A DNA stretch of 56,860 nt from the NCBI GenBank assembly GCA_963726245.1, contig CAVSBT010000007.1, positions 1 to 56,860 on the forward strand, given 5' to 3'. The notes below the pieces were generated by a model that ran no database searches, was not told the origin of the DNA, and worked only from the letters and a program-made list of their open reading frames with translations. Below are positions 30,731 to 40,455 of the stretch, piece by piece. Made by a program: the position numbers and the translations under genes. The DNA comes from an uncultured Chloroflexia bacterium. Lineage in GTDB: Bacteria; Chloroflexota; Dehalococcoidia; DSTF01; JALHUB01. Position 1 is the stretch's first letter; the number at the start of each line of letters is the position of its first letter.

Positions 30731-31184
30731 CGTGAGAATCATCATTATGGGCTGCGGTCGTGTTGGGGCGGAGCTGGCGGTCATGCTCGAGCAGGATGGG
30801 CACGAAGTAACCGTGCTGGACTCGGACCCCGCGGCCTTTGGCCCTCTGGGCTATCTTCCACAGGAGTTCCGCGGCAAACGTATGGTCGGCAACGGAATCG
30901 ACCTCGACGCGCTCCGCAACGTCGGCATAGAACAGGCCGATGCCTTCGTCTCCGCCACTCGGGGCGATAACCGCAACGTCATGGCCTGCCAGGTCGCCAA
31001 GCACGTCTTTCACGTGCCACGCGTCGTCTCCCGTGTTTTCGACCCCATTCGGGAGGAGATGTATCGCTCCCTGGGCCTGCGCACTATCAACCCAACGCGC
31101 ATCCAGGCCCGCCTGCTGAAGGACGCCCTGGAGAAGGAGGAGGAGCCCGTCTCCGCCGGGCCCGGCGCCCGCGAGGAGACATAG
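30723..31184 (+). CDS. trkA: TrkA-family RCK_N-only K+ transport regulatory subunit
   Basis: IIIMGCGRVG, GNGID, TRGDNRN. Confidence 0.85.
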   Translation: MNSVRIIIMGCGRVGAELAVMLEQDGHEVTVLDSDPAAFGPLGYLPQEFRGKRMVGNGIDLDALRNVGIEQADAFVSATRGDNRNVMACQVAKHVFHVPRVVSRVFDPIREEMYRSLGLRTINPTRIQARLLKDALEKEEEPVSAGPGAREET

Positions 31185-31200
31185 GCTCAGTCGAGGTGTT

Positions 31201-31890
31201 ATGTACATCATCGTTGTAGGAGCAGGCAAAGTAGGCTACTACCTGGCCAAGGAGCTGGTGGAGGAGCAGCACGAGGTCCTCGTCGTCGAACAGGACCCAG
31301 CCAAGTGCGCCAGCATCACTGAGGAGCTGGGTGAGATCGCGATGCAGGGCGACGGCTGCGAGGCCTCTACCCTAGAACGGGCGGGAGTCAGCCGCGCCGA
31401 CATAATCATCGCCGTGACCGGCGACGACGAGGACAACCTGGTGGTGTGTCAGGTCGCCCGCCACCGCTTTCAGGTTCCCCGCACCGTGGCGCGCGTGAAC
31501 AACCCCAAGAACGAAGATATCTTTCGGAGGCTCGGCATCGACACTACGGTCAGCGCCACCAGCGTTATCATGGCGCACATCGAGCAGGAGCTGCCCACGC
31601 ATCCCCTCATCTCGCTCATGACCCTGAAGGGCAGCGGGTTGGAGATCGTGGAGGTGAAGGTGCCGGCGGAGTCCTCTGTGGTAGGCAAGCCGATCCGGGA
31701 CCTCCTCCTTCCACATCAGTCCCTCATCTCCCTCATCATCGACGCTGAGGGGCACCCGCGCGTCCCCACAGCCGAGACCGTGATCCATGCCGGCGACGAG
31801 CTGGTAGCGGTGACGATGCTGGAGAGCGAGGCGGCCCTGCGGACGGCGCTGACCAGCTCCAGGGGCGCGGGGCCGGCCGGCTCCCCCTGA
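31201..31890 (+). CDS. trkA: TrkA-family K+ transport regulatory subunit (RCK_N + RCK_C)
   Basis: IVVGAGKVG, GDG, TGDDEDNL, VGKPIRDL, AGDELV. Confidence 0.9.
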   Translation: MYIIVVGAGKVGYYLAKELVEEQHEVLVVEQDPAKCASITEELGEIAMQGDGCEASTLERAGVSRADIIIAVTGDDEDNLVVCQVARHRFQVPRTVARVNNPKNEDIFRRLGIDTTVSATSVIMAHIEQELPTHPLISLMTLKGSGLEIVEVKVPAESSVVGKPIRDLLLPHQSLISLIIDAEGHPRVPTAETVIHAGDELVAVTMLESEAALRTALTSSRGAGPAGSP

Positions 31891-31897
31891 AGACGCC

Positions 31898-32728
31898 GTG
31901 AGTAAGCGCCTGGCTCATCTGGGCCCTTCGGGCACCTTCTCAGAGGAAGCTGCCCTTCTGCATGACCCCCAGGCACAGCTTCTCCCCTTCGCCAGCGTGG
32001 CCGCCGTGGCGGCCGCCGTTGAATCCGGCATGGCGGATGAGGGAGTAGTGGCCATCGAGAACAGCCTGGAGGGCTCTGTCAACGAGACCCTGGACGTCCT
32101 CATCCACGAGTCCGGCCTCTCCATCTGCCGCGAGCTAGTGCTCCCCATCGAGCACTGCCTGCTGGCTGCGCCGGGCGCCGCTTCGCCCGACGTGAAGGTC
32201 ATCTACTCGCATCCCCACGTCTTCGGCCAGTGCCGCCACTTCCTGGAGCGTTGCTTCCCCAAGGCGCATCTGGAGGCGGCCCTGTCCACCGCCACCGCTG
32301 TGGAGGAGATGCTCTCGCACGAGGGCGCGGCGGCCATCGCCACGCGGCGGGCGGCGGAGCTGTACGGCGCCCAGGTCCTGGCGAGCGGCATCCAGGACAA
32401 CCCCTTCAACAAGACGCGATTCGTGGTCCTCGCGCTCCACGACTGCCCGCCCAGCGGACATGACAAGACCTCGGTGGCCTTTTCAGTGGCCCACGACCGG
32501 CCGGGCACGCTGGTGGGCGTTCTGCACGAGTTCGCGGACCGGCAGATCAACCTGACGAAGATCGAGTCGCGACCGTCCAAGGGAGAGCTGGGAGTCTACG
32601 TCTTCCTGGTGGACGTGGAGGGGCACCGCACCGACGCCAAAGTGGCAGAGGCACTGGAGAAGGTGCAGGGGCAGGCCTCCTTCTTCAAGGTATTCGGGTC
32701 ATACCCCAGGTACGCGCCGCCGGCCTGA
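31898..32728 (+). CDS. pheA: Prephenate dehydratase
   Basis: LGPSGTFSEEA, IENSLEG, SHP, TRF, INLTKIESRP (ACT domain). Confidence 0.95.
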   Translation: MSKRLAHLGPSGTFSEEAALLHDPQAQLLPFASVAAVAAAVESGMADEGVVAIENSLEGSVNETLDVLIHESGLSICRELVLPIEHCLLAAPGAASPDVKVIYSHPHVFGQCRHFLERCFPKAHLEAALSTATAVEEMLSHEGAAAIATRRAAELYGAQVLASGIQDNPFNKTRFVVLALHDCPPSGHDKTSVAFSVAHDRPGTLVGVLHEFADRQINLTKIESRPSKGELGVYVFLVDVEGHRTDAKVAEALEKVQGQASFFKVFGSYPRYAPPA

Positions 32729-32749
32729 AAGCGGCTCTGCGGGGAACCA

Positions 32750-33559
32750 ATGCCTGAGATCCCGGACCTGGAGGCCATAAGCGGCTTTCTGAACCGGCGA
32801 CTGCCCGGCGTGCGCATCGAGCGGGCGCAGGCCCTCATTCCCGTGGTCTTCCGGGTGCCCAGGGCCGAGCTCGAGGGTGTTCTCGGCGGCAACGTGTTCG
32901 GGCAGAGCACGCGGCGGGGCAAGTTCCTCCTCTTCGACCTGGAGAGCGGCCACAAGCTGGTGATCAACCCCATGCTCACCGGCCGGTTCCAGTACGTGAC
33001 GCCGGAGGAGAAGCGGCGGGCCAAGACCTGCCTGGTGCTGTCACTCTCGAACGGTTGCGAGCTGCGCTACGTCGACGGTCGCTTGATGGGGAAGGTCTAC
33101 CTGGTGCCTGGGGACGGCTTGGCGCAAGTGCCCCAGTTCGCCGAGATGGGCCCCGACGCCCTGGACGAAAGCCTGACGGAGGAGGTCTTCGCTCAGCGCC
33201 TGCGCCGCCACAGCGGGATGATCAAGGGCATCGTCGTCAACCACAAGTTCGTGGCCGGCATCGGCAACGCTTACGCCGACGAGATCCTCTGGGCCGCCGG
33301 ACTGCATCCCTATCGCAAGCGGCCCAGCCTGTCGGAGGACGACGTACACCGTCTGTACGAGGCGATGCGCTCGGTGCTGCGCTGGGCCATCGCTATCGTC
33401 GCGGAGCGCATGAAGGACGGCCTCGTGTACGATGAGGTGCGTGACCACCTGCGCGTGCACCGTCGAGGCGGCCGGCCCTGCCCGGTCTGCGGCACGCGCA
33501 TCTCCGAGATCACGGCCGGCCAGCGCATCACCAGCTTCTGTCGCAACTGCCAGAAGTAG
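32750..33559 (+). CDS. Fpg/Nei family DNA glycosylase
   Basis: N-terminal MPE, RRGKF, AGIGNAYADE (H2TH), CPVC..CRNCQ zinc finger. Confidence 0.92.
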   Translation: MPEIPDLEAISGFLNRRLPGVRIERAQALIPVVFRVPRAELEGVLGGNVFGQSTRRGKFLLFDLESGHKLVINPMLTGRFQYVTPEEKRRAKTCLVLSLSNGCELRYVDGRLMGKVYLVPGDGLAQVPQFAEMGPDALDESLTEEVFAQRLRRHSGMIKGIVVNHKFVAGIGNAYADEILWAAGLHPYRKRPSLSEDDVHRLYEAMRSVLRWAIAIVAERMKDGLVYDEVRDHLRVHRRGGRPCPVCGTRISEITAGQRITSFCRNCQK

Positions 33560-33580
33560 AGCTCCTGGGCTGGGCCATGT

Positions 33581-34730
33581 GTGTGTGTGTGTACCACCGC
33601 GCTCCCCCTTCTTGCGCCTGACGGGCGCGCCCTTGGCTCTGGCCGCCGCCACGCTCTGCCGCCTCAGCTTCCTGCCTGCCTTCCTGCTGGCAGCCGCCTA
33701 CACTTTGAGCACTACGCCGGCTTCCGCTGCCCGACGGCTCCAGGCCGCCGCCCTGCTGGCGACGCCGGCGGTAGCGGTGCTGCTCCTGGCCTGGCTCGCC
33801 GGTTTCGACCGCTTCTGGTTCGATGTTTGGACCTCACAGGTGACGCGCGGCACCCAGTTCGCGCCCTGACGCCCAGTCCTTGGGCGATGCCCTGACACAC
33901 ACACTGATGATGGTGGATCTCAGCCTCTCGACGCATCTGCTGGTCTGGTGCCGGCCTCTTCCTGGGCGGATGGCTGCTCGCCCGCTGGCTCGAGGGGTGG
34001 CGCCCCCGCTGGCCCGAGGCGCACGCCAGCCCGGAGGGACGCCTGGTCATCATCCTGGCGCTGGCCCTGGTGGTCTTCCTGCCCTTTCTTTCCCTGCGCA
34101 CCTTCGAGCCGCGCTACCTGGCGCCGACAGCGGCGGTTCTCGCTGTGGGCGTGGCGGTGACGCTGAGCCGGGGACTGGGAGAGGGAACGGAGCCATCGCG
34201 CCGGCTGATGGCGGGGAGCTTCGCGATCCTTCTGCTCGTGGCGCTGCCCCTGATCGCCAACCGCTACCCCGCGTACGTCGACACGCGGCGCCCTGACCTG
34301 CAGGGCGTCAGCCAACTGGCAGGCGAGCTTCGAGACACCGTGCCTGATGGAACACGGCTGGCGGCCTTCGACACGACGCTGGCGGTGGAATCGGGGCTGC
34401 CGCTGCCTCGCGGCCTAGAGATGGCGCAGTTCTCCTACTGGCCCAACCTCAGCGATGAGAGGGCGGCCCACTTGAGGGTGGTGAACGCTTCCCTGTTGAA
34501 GAGCTGTCCTGGAGGACAAAGAACGCCCGCCGGTTGTGGCCCTTACCGATGTCGACCTATACCTGCTGGGCGTGTCCGCGGTCGCCTTCGGCACCGAAGC
34601 GCCGGTCCGCGTCGCGTAGCCGGCGGCCCCCGGCCTGGTAGAGGTGAGGGATCACTGGTCCCAGTTCGACGACCGGCTGCACATCCTGCGGCCGCCGTGC
34701 CCTCGCTACCGCGCCGGGAAGTAGAGAGCA
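33581..34730 (+). pseudogene. Fragmented polytopic membrane protein, possibly the C-terminal part of a GT-C glycosyltransferase
   Basis: Hydrophobic segments in several frames (TLCRLSFLP, FEPRYLAP, then a soluble domain); stop at 33867; no intact N-terminus. Confidence 0.4.
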
Positions 34731-35170
34731 CCGAGCACGGCGCCCCAGACGAGGTGCACCAAAAGGTTCTCGGCCAGCATCTTCCGGTTGCTGGGGAGCT
34801 GGCCGCCCAGGAGAACGGTGATTGTGCCCATGATCGCCGTGGGCACGATAAGAAAGACGACGAAGCCGTAGCCCAGGCCGGCCAGCGGCCCCCACCACCA
34901 TTCGACGGGCTTGTCGAAGATGTCCTCCAGGTTCAGGAAGACGGCCCCGGCATAGACGAGCGCCAGGATCATGCTGTTCAGGTGGTGGGCGGCCTGCCCG
35001 ACGAACCACCAGCCGGGCTTGTCGCCGCCCATGTATTTCAGGCCGATCATGCCGAAGTCCATGCGCGGGAAGCCGAAGACCCCCTCCAGCCAGTAGTACG
35101 CCAGCGTCATCACGTAGCCCGCCAGAAAGCCCGCGATGAGCGCGTGCCCGATGTTCACTCCCTCGATCAT
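34706..35170 (-). CDS. Small 4-TM membrane protein with His residues in helices
   Basis: AGFLAGYVMT, AAHHLNS, GLGYG, LVHLVWG; SD GGAG upstream. Confidence 0.7.
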   Translation of the reverse strand: MIEGVNIGHALIAGFLAGYVMTLAYYWLEGVFGFPRMDFGMIGLKYMGGDKPGWWFVGQAAHHLNSMILALVYAGAVFLNLEDIFDKPVEWWWGPLAGLGYGFVVFLIVPTAIMGTITVLLGGQLPSNRKMLAENLLVHLVWGAVLGALYFPAR

Positions 35171-35297
35171 CGGCTAGTCTCCCTTCTATCGCCGGAGTCT
35201 ACGCTTTTCGCAGGCGATTCTACCACCGCCGACAAGGCGGTGCACAGTGTGAAATGATCGCCGGACCCCGATGCGCTCGAGGAGGTAGAAGGCTAGT

Positions 35298-35825
35298 CTA
35301 GGAGAAGCCCTCGACCGGCTCCCAGCCGGGGATGAACTTCCGCCAGTCGGCCTGGACCTCCAGGTAGTGGTAGAAGAGGTAGAAGGGGGTGATGCGAGGC
35401 AGGTAGGGTTCGTGAATGAGGTGCATCCGCGCTTCCTGGGGCGTGCGACCCGCCTTGCGGTGGTTGCATTGCTTGCAGGCCGAGACCAGGTTCTCCCAGT
35501 CGTGTATGCCGCCGCGGTGGCGGGGAATGACGTGGTCCAGGGTCAGGTCGCGCGTCTGCTTGCCGCAGTACTGGCAGGTGAAGCGGTCCCGGTTGAAGAT
35601 CTCCTTACGCGAGAGGCGCATCTGCGGCCTGGGCCGCCTGATCAGGTAGATGAGGCGGATTACCGAGGGCAGACGGAAAACGTACCTGGGACTATGGAGG
35701 ATGCCGTCGCCGTGCTCCAGCACCTCGGCCTTGCCGCGGTCTACCAGGACGAACGCCCTGCGGGCGTTGCAGACGTTGAGCGGCTCGTAGTTCTGGTTGA
35801 GGACCAGTACTGCGGAATTCACCAT
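35298..35825 (-). CDS. HNH endonuclease (VLVLN-type)
   Basis: VLVLNQNYEPL, RDRFTCQYCG, TLDHVIP, WENLVSACKQCNHRK. Confidence 0.92.
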   Translation of the reverse strand: MVNSAVLVLNQNYEPLNVCNARRAFVLVDRGKAEVLEHGDGILHSPRYVFRLPSVIRLIYLIRRPRPQMRLSRKEIFNRDRFTCQYCGKQTRDLTLDHVIPRHRGGIHDWENLVSACKQCNHRKAGRTPQEARMHLIHEPYLPRITPFYLFYHYLEVQADWRKFIPGWEPVEGFS

Positions 35826-35907
35826 ATCGAAGCAGCCTTTGCTGGCTTGGCGCCATGATACCAAAAGGAGTCACCGGAGGCAACGGAGTGAATCCTCAAT
35901 CGGTCCC

Positions 35908-37521
35908 CTACCCCCGGCTGGGGCGCAGGGCAGAAATGCGACGTGTCAGGGTGCCTACCTCGTCGCTGCCCAGGAGATAGGCCGTCAGGAAGTAGGTTCC
36001 CGCGCCGATGAGGCCGCCGCCGGCTAGAGTAGCGAAGGCATCGCTGAAGCGGCCGGTGTTGAGATGGCCGGAAGCGTACATCAGTAGCACAAAGAGGCCT
36101 ACCACCTCCACCATGAGCAGCGTCGCTCCGGCCATCCGTATCAGCGAGTAGATGACACGTCCCTCCTCGAGGCCGCCCATGCGCCGGCTGAGGCTTCGGA
36201 AGAGCAGGAAGAACTCGACAATGCTGGCCAGGGACAGCGCGAGGGCCAGCCCGCGCACCTCCAAGGGCAGAGCCACAACCAGGATGAGGCAGAAGATCAG
36301 GTTCAGGACCATAGAGAGCACGGCAAAGGCCACCGGCGTGCGCGTGTCCCCCAGGGCGTAGAAGCCCCGGCTCAAGATCTCGGTGCCGCCCAGGGCGAAA
36401 AGCCCTATCGAGTAGAAGATCAGCGCCGAAGCAGTGATGTCCGTGGAGGCGGCGTTGAAGGCGCCGCGCTGGAAGAGAAAGATCACCAGCGGCTGGCCGA
36501 GAAGCATCAGCCCGACGCTCGCCGGCAGGGTGAGGAAGAGGATCAGCCGCAGAGAGTTGGAGACGGTCCAGCGCATCTCCTCCGACCGCTCCCCGGCCGC
36601 CTGGTCGGCCAGCGTGGGAAAGAGGGCGGTGGCGATCGCCATGCCGAAGATGCCCAGCGGAGTCATGACGATCAGCCAGGCATAGTTGGCGGCCGAGATG
36701 GCCGCGTCGCTGATCGTGGAGGCGAAGAAGAGAGTGATCAGGAAGTTGAACTGCCAGGCCGCCAGGCCCAGCACACGGGGCAACATGAGGCGGCCTACCT
36801 CTCGCACCGCCGGGTCGCGCCACCGCGCTATCGGGTTGTAGCGCATGCCCACCTGTCGCAGCGCCGGCAACTGGACGACCAGGTGCAGCAGCGCGCCGGC
36901 GACGACCCCTATCGCCAGCACGCGCACGTTGTGCGAGACAAGGGCGGCGACAATGATCGACAGGTTGTAGACCATGGGCGCGATGGCCGGGTAGAGGAAG
37001 TGGCGGCGGGCGTTGAGTATCCCCATGAACATGCCGCTGATGGAGAAGAAGATGGTCGAGAGGAGCATGATCCGCGTCAGGTCCACAGCTAGGGAGCGCA
37101 GCTCCGCCTCGCGGCCGGTGTCCGCGCCCAGGCCGGGCGCCATGATCGGCACCAGGACCGGCGCCAGGACCATGCCGAGCAAGGCGAGGACCAGGGTGGC
37201 GCCGGCCACGAGGTTGAGGACGGAGCTGGCGAGCCGCCAGGCCTCCTCTTCGCCGCGATGGGTGAACTGGCGGACGAACGTGGGGATGAAGGCGCTGGCC
37301 AAGGTGGCGCCGGCTAGCAACTGGAAGATGAGGTCGGGGAGGCGGAAGCCGACCCAGTAGGCGCCCAGCTCGGGGCTGGTGCCGAAGCTGTCGGCGATGG
37401 CGACGCTCCGCACCACGCCCAGGAGGCGGCTTCCCAGGAAACCCGCCGCGACGATGATGGCGGCGCCGGCGAGGCCGGACCAGGGTGCCTGGGCCTTATC
37501 GCTTTCCAAGTCTCCCGCCAC
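35908..37521 (-). CDS. murJ: Lipid II flippase MurJ/MviN
   Basis: SRLLGVVR, FRLPD, SAFIP, FQRGAF, RGFYALGDTRTP; upstream TGCTATAAT at 37564-37572. Confidence 0.92.
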   Translation of the reverse strand: MAGDLESDKAQAPWSGLAGAAIIVAAGFLGSRLLGVVRSVAIADSFGTSPELGAYWVGFRLPDLIFQLLAGATLASAFIPTFVRQFTHRGEEEAWRLASSVLNLVAGATLVLALLGMVLAPVLVPIMAPGLGADTGREAELRSLAVDLTRIMLLSTIFFSISGMFMGILNARRHFLYPAIAPMVYNLSIIVAALVSHNVRVLAIGVVAGALLHLVVQLPALRQVGMRYNPIARWRDPAVREVGRLMLPRVLGLAAWQFNFLITLFFASTISDAAISAANYAWLIVMTPLGIFGMAIATALFPTLADQAAGERSEEMRWTVSNSLRLILFLTLPASVGLMLLGQPLVIFLFQRGAFNAASTDITASALIFYSIGLFALGGTEILSRGFYALGDTRTPVAFAVLSMVLNLIFCLILVVALPLEVRGLALALSLASIVEFFLLFRSLSRRMGGLEEGRVIYSLIRMAGATLLMVEVVGLFVLLMYASGHLNTGRFSDAFATLAGGGLIGAGTYFLTAYLLGSDEVGTLTRRISALRPSRG

Positions 37522-37592
37522 CGCAGGCCTGCCTGCCGGACAGGCAGGTTCGAGGGTCGGCCCATTATAGCACGCGCCCGCGGGCCGCTCGC

Positions 37593-37621
37593 GTAGGGGC
37601 GGTCCGCGAACCGCCCTCTAC
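37593..37621. repeat. GTAG-type REP-like palindrome
   Basis: GTAGGGGCGGTCCGCGAACCGCCCTCTAC. Confidence 0.7.
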
Positions 37622-37690
37622 GACACGACTGGACATTAGGCGCCCGCCGACGCTAACATACGTGTCAGACTCTCCCGGAAAGGAGACCCC

Positions 37691-38176
37691 TTGGCTCACT
37701 CCCGTTCCGCCGAAAAGCGATACCGTCAGTCCATCCAGCGACAGGCAGCCAACCGCACGGTCCGCGGCGCCGCCCGCACGCACGTCTCGAAAGCCTTGAG
37801 CCTGATCAAGGCGGGCCCGCTCCCCGAGGCCGAGGCCGCCGTCCGCGAAGCGGCAAGCGTCCTCGACCGGGCCGAGAAGAAGGGCGTGATCAAGGCCAAC
37901 AACGCCGCCCGGCGCAAGTCGAGGCTCATGGCCCGCTACAACGCCGCCCTTGCGACCGCCGCGGTCACTGCTGCCGCTCAGGCGGAGGCGCAGGCAAAAG
38001 CCCAGGTCGAGGCCCCGCCAGCCGAGGCGCCGGTCGAAGCGCGCAGGCGCATCCGTTTGGGCCGCAAGCCCGCCGAGAAGCCTCCGGCGAAGGCGGCCAA
38101 GCCGGCCGCAGCCAAGGGTCGCTCGAAGACCAGCACCGCGAAGAAAGACGACAAGACCAAGGCCAAGAAGAAGTAG
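37691..38176 (+). CDS. rpsT: 30S ribosomal protein S20 with long Ala/Lys-rich C-terminal tail
   Basis: SAEKRYRQ, LDRAEKKGVIKANNAARRKSRL; TTG start after AAGGAG. Confidence 0.93.
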   Translation: MAHSRSAEKRYRQSIQRQAANRTVRGAARTHVSKALSLIKAGPLPEAEAAVREAASVLDRAEKKGVIKANNAARRKSRLMARYNAALATAAVTAAAQAEAQAKAQVEAPPAEAPVEARRRIRLGRKPAEKPPAKAAKPAAAKGRSKTSTAKKDDKTKAKKK

Positions 38177-38200
38177 CCTCAACCCGCCAGCCACCAACAC

Positions 38201-38228
38201 GTAGGGGCGCACGGCCGTGCGCCCCTAC
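38201..38228. repeat. GTAG-type REP palindrome
   Basis: GTAGGGGCGCACGGCCGTGCGCCCCTAC, perfect palindrome, identical to 55141-55168. Confidence 0.85.
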
Positions 38229-38325
38229 TCTTCCATCGCGAACGCTCACCCGCGCACGAAGCGCACCAGTCAGCCGCCAGCGTTATCGAGACCGCCGGTG
38301 GATAGCGCGTGCCGGGCGGAGAGTG

Positions 38326-39735
38326 TTAGGGAGTCTGGCTGGTAGCGTTTGACGTCGCAGCGGTCAGCCGCTGGAGGTCAACGTCTGTCCCCACGATGAG
38401 CACGATGTCGGCTTCACTGTTGCTCTTCAGCGCCGCGTCCCCGGCGCTGGCGGAACGGACGCTGCCGGCTGGCAGGCCCAGCCATTCGGCCAGCCTGTCT
38501 GCTGTGTAGCGCTTGCCCGTGTAGTCGATGATAGCAGAGGCACTGCCTATCTCCTGCTCCGGGGCGTTAGAGGTCACGAGCGACGAGCGCGGCAGGCCCA
38601 GGTTCACCAGGTAGTCGACCACACTGGAGGCGAGGCCGGGCTCGCCGGTGCCGTTTTGTACCTCCACCATAGCGCCTTCCTTCAGCACCTGCTGGTCGGA
38701 GAAGAGGGCCTCGACGATCTGCTGGATGCCCTCCGGCGCCGCCACCAGCACCGAGGCGCCGGCGGGGGTGGTATAGGGGACTGTGGCCGGGCCCAGGGAG
38801 AGGGCGACGATGCGCTCCTGGGGAATGTCGGCGGCCAGCAAGGCGTAGCCGGGGATCTGCGGGTCGCTGATGTCTGTGTCAATGGTGTCCTTGTACTGTT
38901 TCCAGAGGCTGAGGGCGTTGGGGAGGACGTTTAGTCTAAGGGCCTTGTTCATGACGGCGAAGATGACGCGCTGCTGGCGCTGGATGCGGTCCAGGTCGCT
39001 GTTTCCGCGGCGGATGCGGGCGTAGGCCAGGGCCCGGGTACCGTCCATGTGCTGGACACCGGGCTGGAACTCCTCCGGGAGATAGTCGCCGGGGAGCTCC
39101 GTATCCGAGTAGAGCGGATCGCTCAGGTAAGACGGGACGTCCACATCGATGCCACCCAGGTCATCGATGATCTTCTTGAAGCCCTGGAAGTCAATCACCA
39201 CGTAGTGATCGATCTTGATGCCCAGCGTGTGTTCGGTGGTCGCCATGGCCAGCGCGGGGCCGCCGCCGTCGTAGCCGTTGACCTCGCCCAGCACATAGGC
39301 GGCGTTGATCCGCTCCTCCAGGTAGCCGTTGCCGTCCTTGGTGGGGATCTCCACCCAGAGGTCTCGGGGGATGCCCAGGATGCCCGCCGTCTTCGAGTGT
39401 GGGTCGATGGTGAGGACGAACATGGTGTCGGTGCGGGCCGGGGCCTTCCCTTCGCGGGGACGGCGGTCCAGTCCCATGACCAGCACGTTGATGCGAGAGC
39501 CTCCCGCGCTGTCGCCCTCGCCGCTCTGAACGCCCGGCAGGTTGCTCAGCAGTGAGGGAACCGTGATGCCGTGGCCGGGGGCAAAGATCTCGTCGACACG
39601 CGTGGCGATGACGAAAGAGCCATAGAAAGAGCCAGCGGCCAGGAGAGCGAAGGCCGCGGCTATGAGAACGCGCCGACCAAGATGTCCGCCCCGGGGAGGG
39701 GCCGGTTCTTGGTCCTGGGATGGGTGCTCGAACAC
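38326..39735 (-). CDS. LCP (LytR-CpsA-Psr) family protein with LytR_C domain
   Basis: NVLVMGLD, RTDTM, IPRD, RINAAY, ALAYARIR, SDLDRIQRQQ, VQNGTGEPGLA. Confidence 0.92.
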   Translation of the reverse strand: MFEHPSQDQEPAPPRGGHLGRRVLIAAAFALLAAGSFYGSFVIATRVDEIFAPGHGITVPSLLSNLPGVQSGEGDSAGGSRINVLVMGLDRRPREGKAPARTDTMFVLTIDPHSKTAGILGIPRDLWVEIPTKDGNGYLEERINAAYVLGEVNGYDGGGPALAMATTEHTLGIKIDHYVVIDFQGFKKIIDDLGGIDVDVPSYLSDPLYSDTELPGDYLPEEFQPGVQHMDGTRALAYARIRRGNSDLDRIQRQQRVIFAVMNKALRLNVLPNALSLWKQYKDTIDTDISDPQIPGYALLAADIPQERIVALSLGPATVPYTTPAGASVLVAAPEGIQQIVEALFSDQQVLKEGAMVEVQNGTGEPGLASSVVDYLVNLGLPRSSLVTSNAPEQEIGSASAIIDYTGKRYTADRLAEWLGLPAGSVRSASAGDAALKSNSEADIVLIVGTDVDLQRLTAATSNATSQTP

Positions 39736-39776
39736 TGCCGTGAGGGTATCCCAGGGCCAAGCCGCCTGTCAAGCCG

Positions 39777-40421
39777 CTAGCGCTGCAGGCGCTTCTCGAA
39801 CTCCGAGAGCTTGCGCTCGAGGTCGCGCTGGCGGACGGCAAGGGTCAGGTCGCCCCGCGTGCGCTCGAGGATGCCGCGCACGTTGTCGGTGGTGCGCCGG
39901 AGGCCGCCTGTCATGGCGTCCGGGTAGTCGAAGGTCACCAGGACGCTATAGATGTCGTCCATGGCGGTGAGACAATCCTCGCAGTGCTCCACGTCGCCGC
40001 CGCGCAGGCTGTCCAGGAGATGCCGGCGCAGCTCGCCCACCGCCTCGCCCAGGCCGTTGAGGTAGGCGGCATGCTCCACGTTGAGCTTCTCGGGCGGGGG
40101 CAGCGGCCGGCCCGCCACCAGGGCCAGCGTCAGGCTCGCCTCGGCGAACTCCTTCTGGGCATCGTGGACGAAGCCGGCGTAGAAGATATCTTGGTGGTCC
40201 CGCAGGGCTGCCGCCACCTCGCCGAGCAGGGCCGCCACCTTATCGATCAACTCCTGCCCCAAGTCGAACTCGCCCCGGTGCACGGCGCGGATGGCATTGG
40301 CGGAGTGACGAATGGCTTCGCGGCAGAGAGGAAGGGCCTGTTCGCGCGCCTTGTTCTTTGAGACCAAGTGGGCGCGGACGCCCTCGACAATAGCATCAAG
40401 GTTGCCAGCGGCAGACTGCAA
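39777..40421 (-). CDS. Translin/TRAX family protein
   Basis: REQAL, SANAIRAVHRG, QKEFAEA, YLNGLGEAVGELRR, LRRTTD. Confidence 0.8.
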   Translation of the reverse strand: MQSAAGNLDAIVEGVRAHLVSKNKAREQALPLCREAIRHSANAIRAVHRGEFDLGQELIDKVAALLGEVAAALRDHQDIFYAGFVHDAQKEFAEASLTLALVAGRPLPPPEKLNVEHAAYLNGLGEAVGELRRHLLDSLRGGDVEHCEDCLTAMDDIYSVLVTFDYPDAMTGGLRRTTDNVRGILERTRGDLTLAVRQRDLERKLSEFEKRLQR

Positions 40422-40455
40422 ATCTTCCCCCTATCTGATGAGGTGACGGCCCCAG

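Noticed and set aside
35298-35825. HNH nuclease as a defence system or homing element
   Set aside because: Belongs to a common stand-alone family; no methylase, intron or defence partners adjacent.
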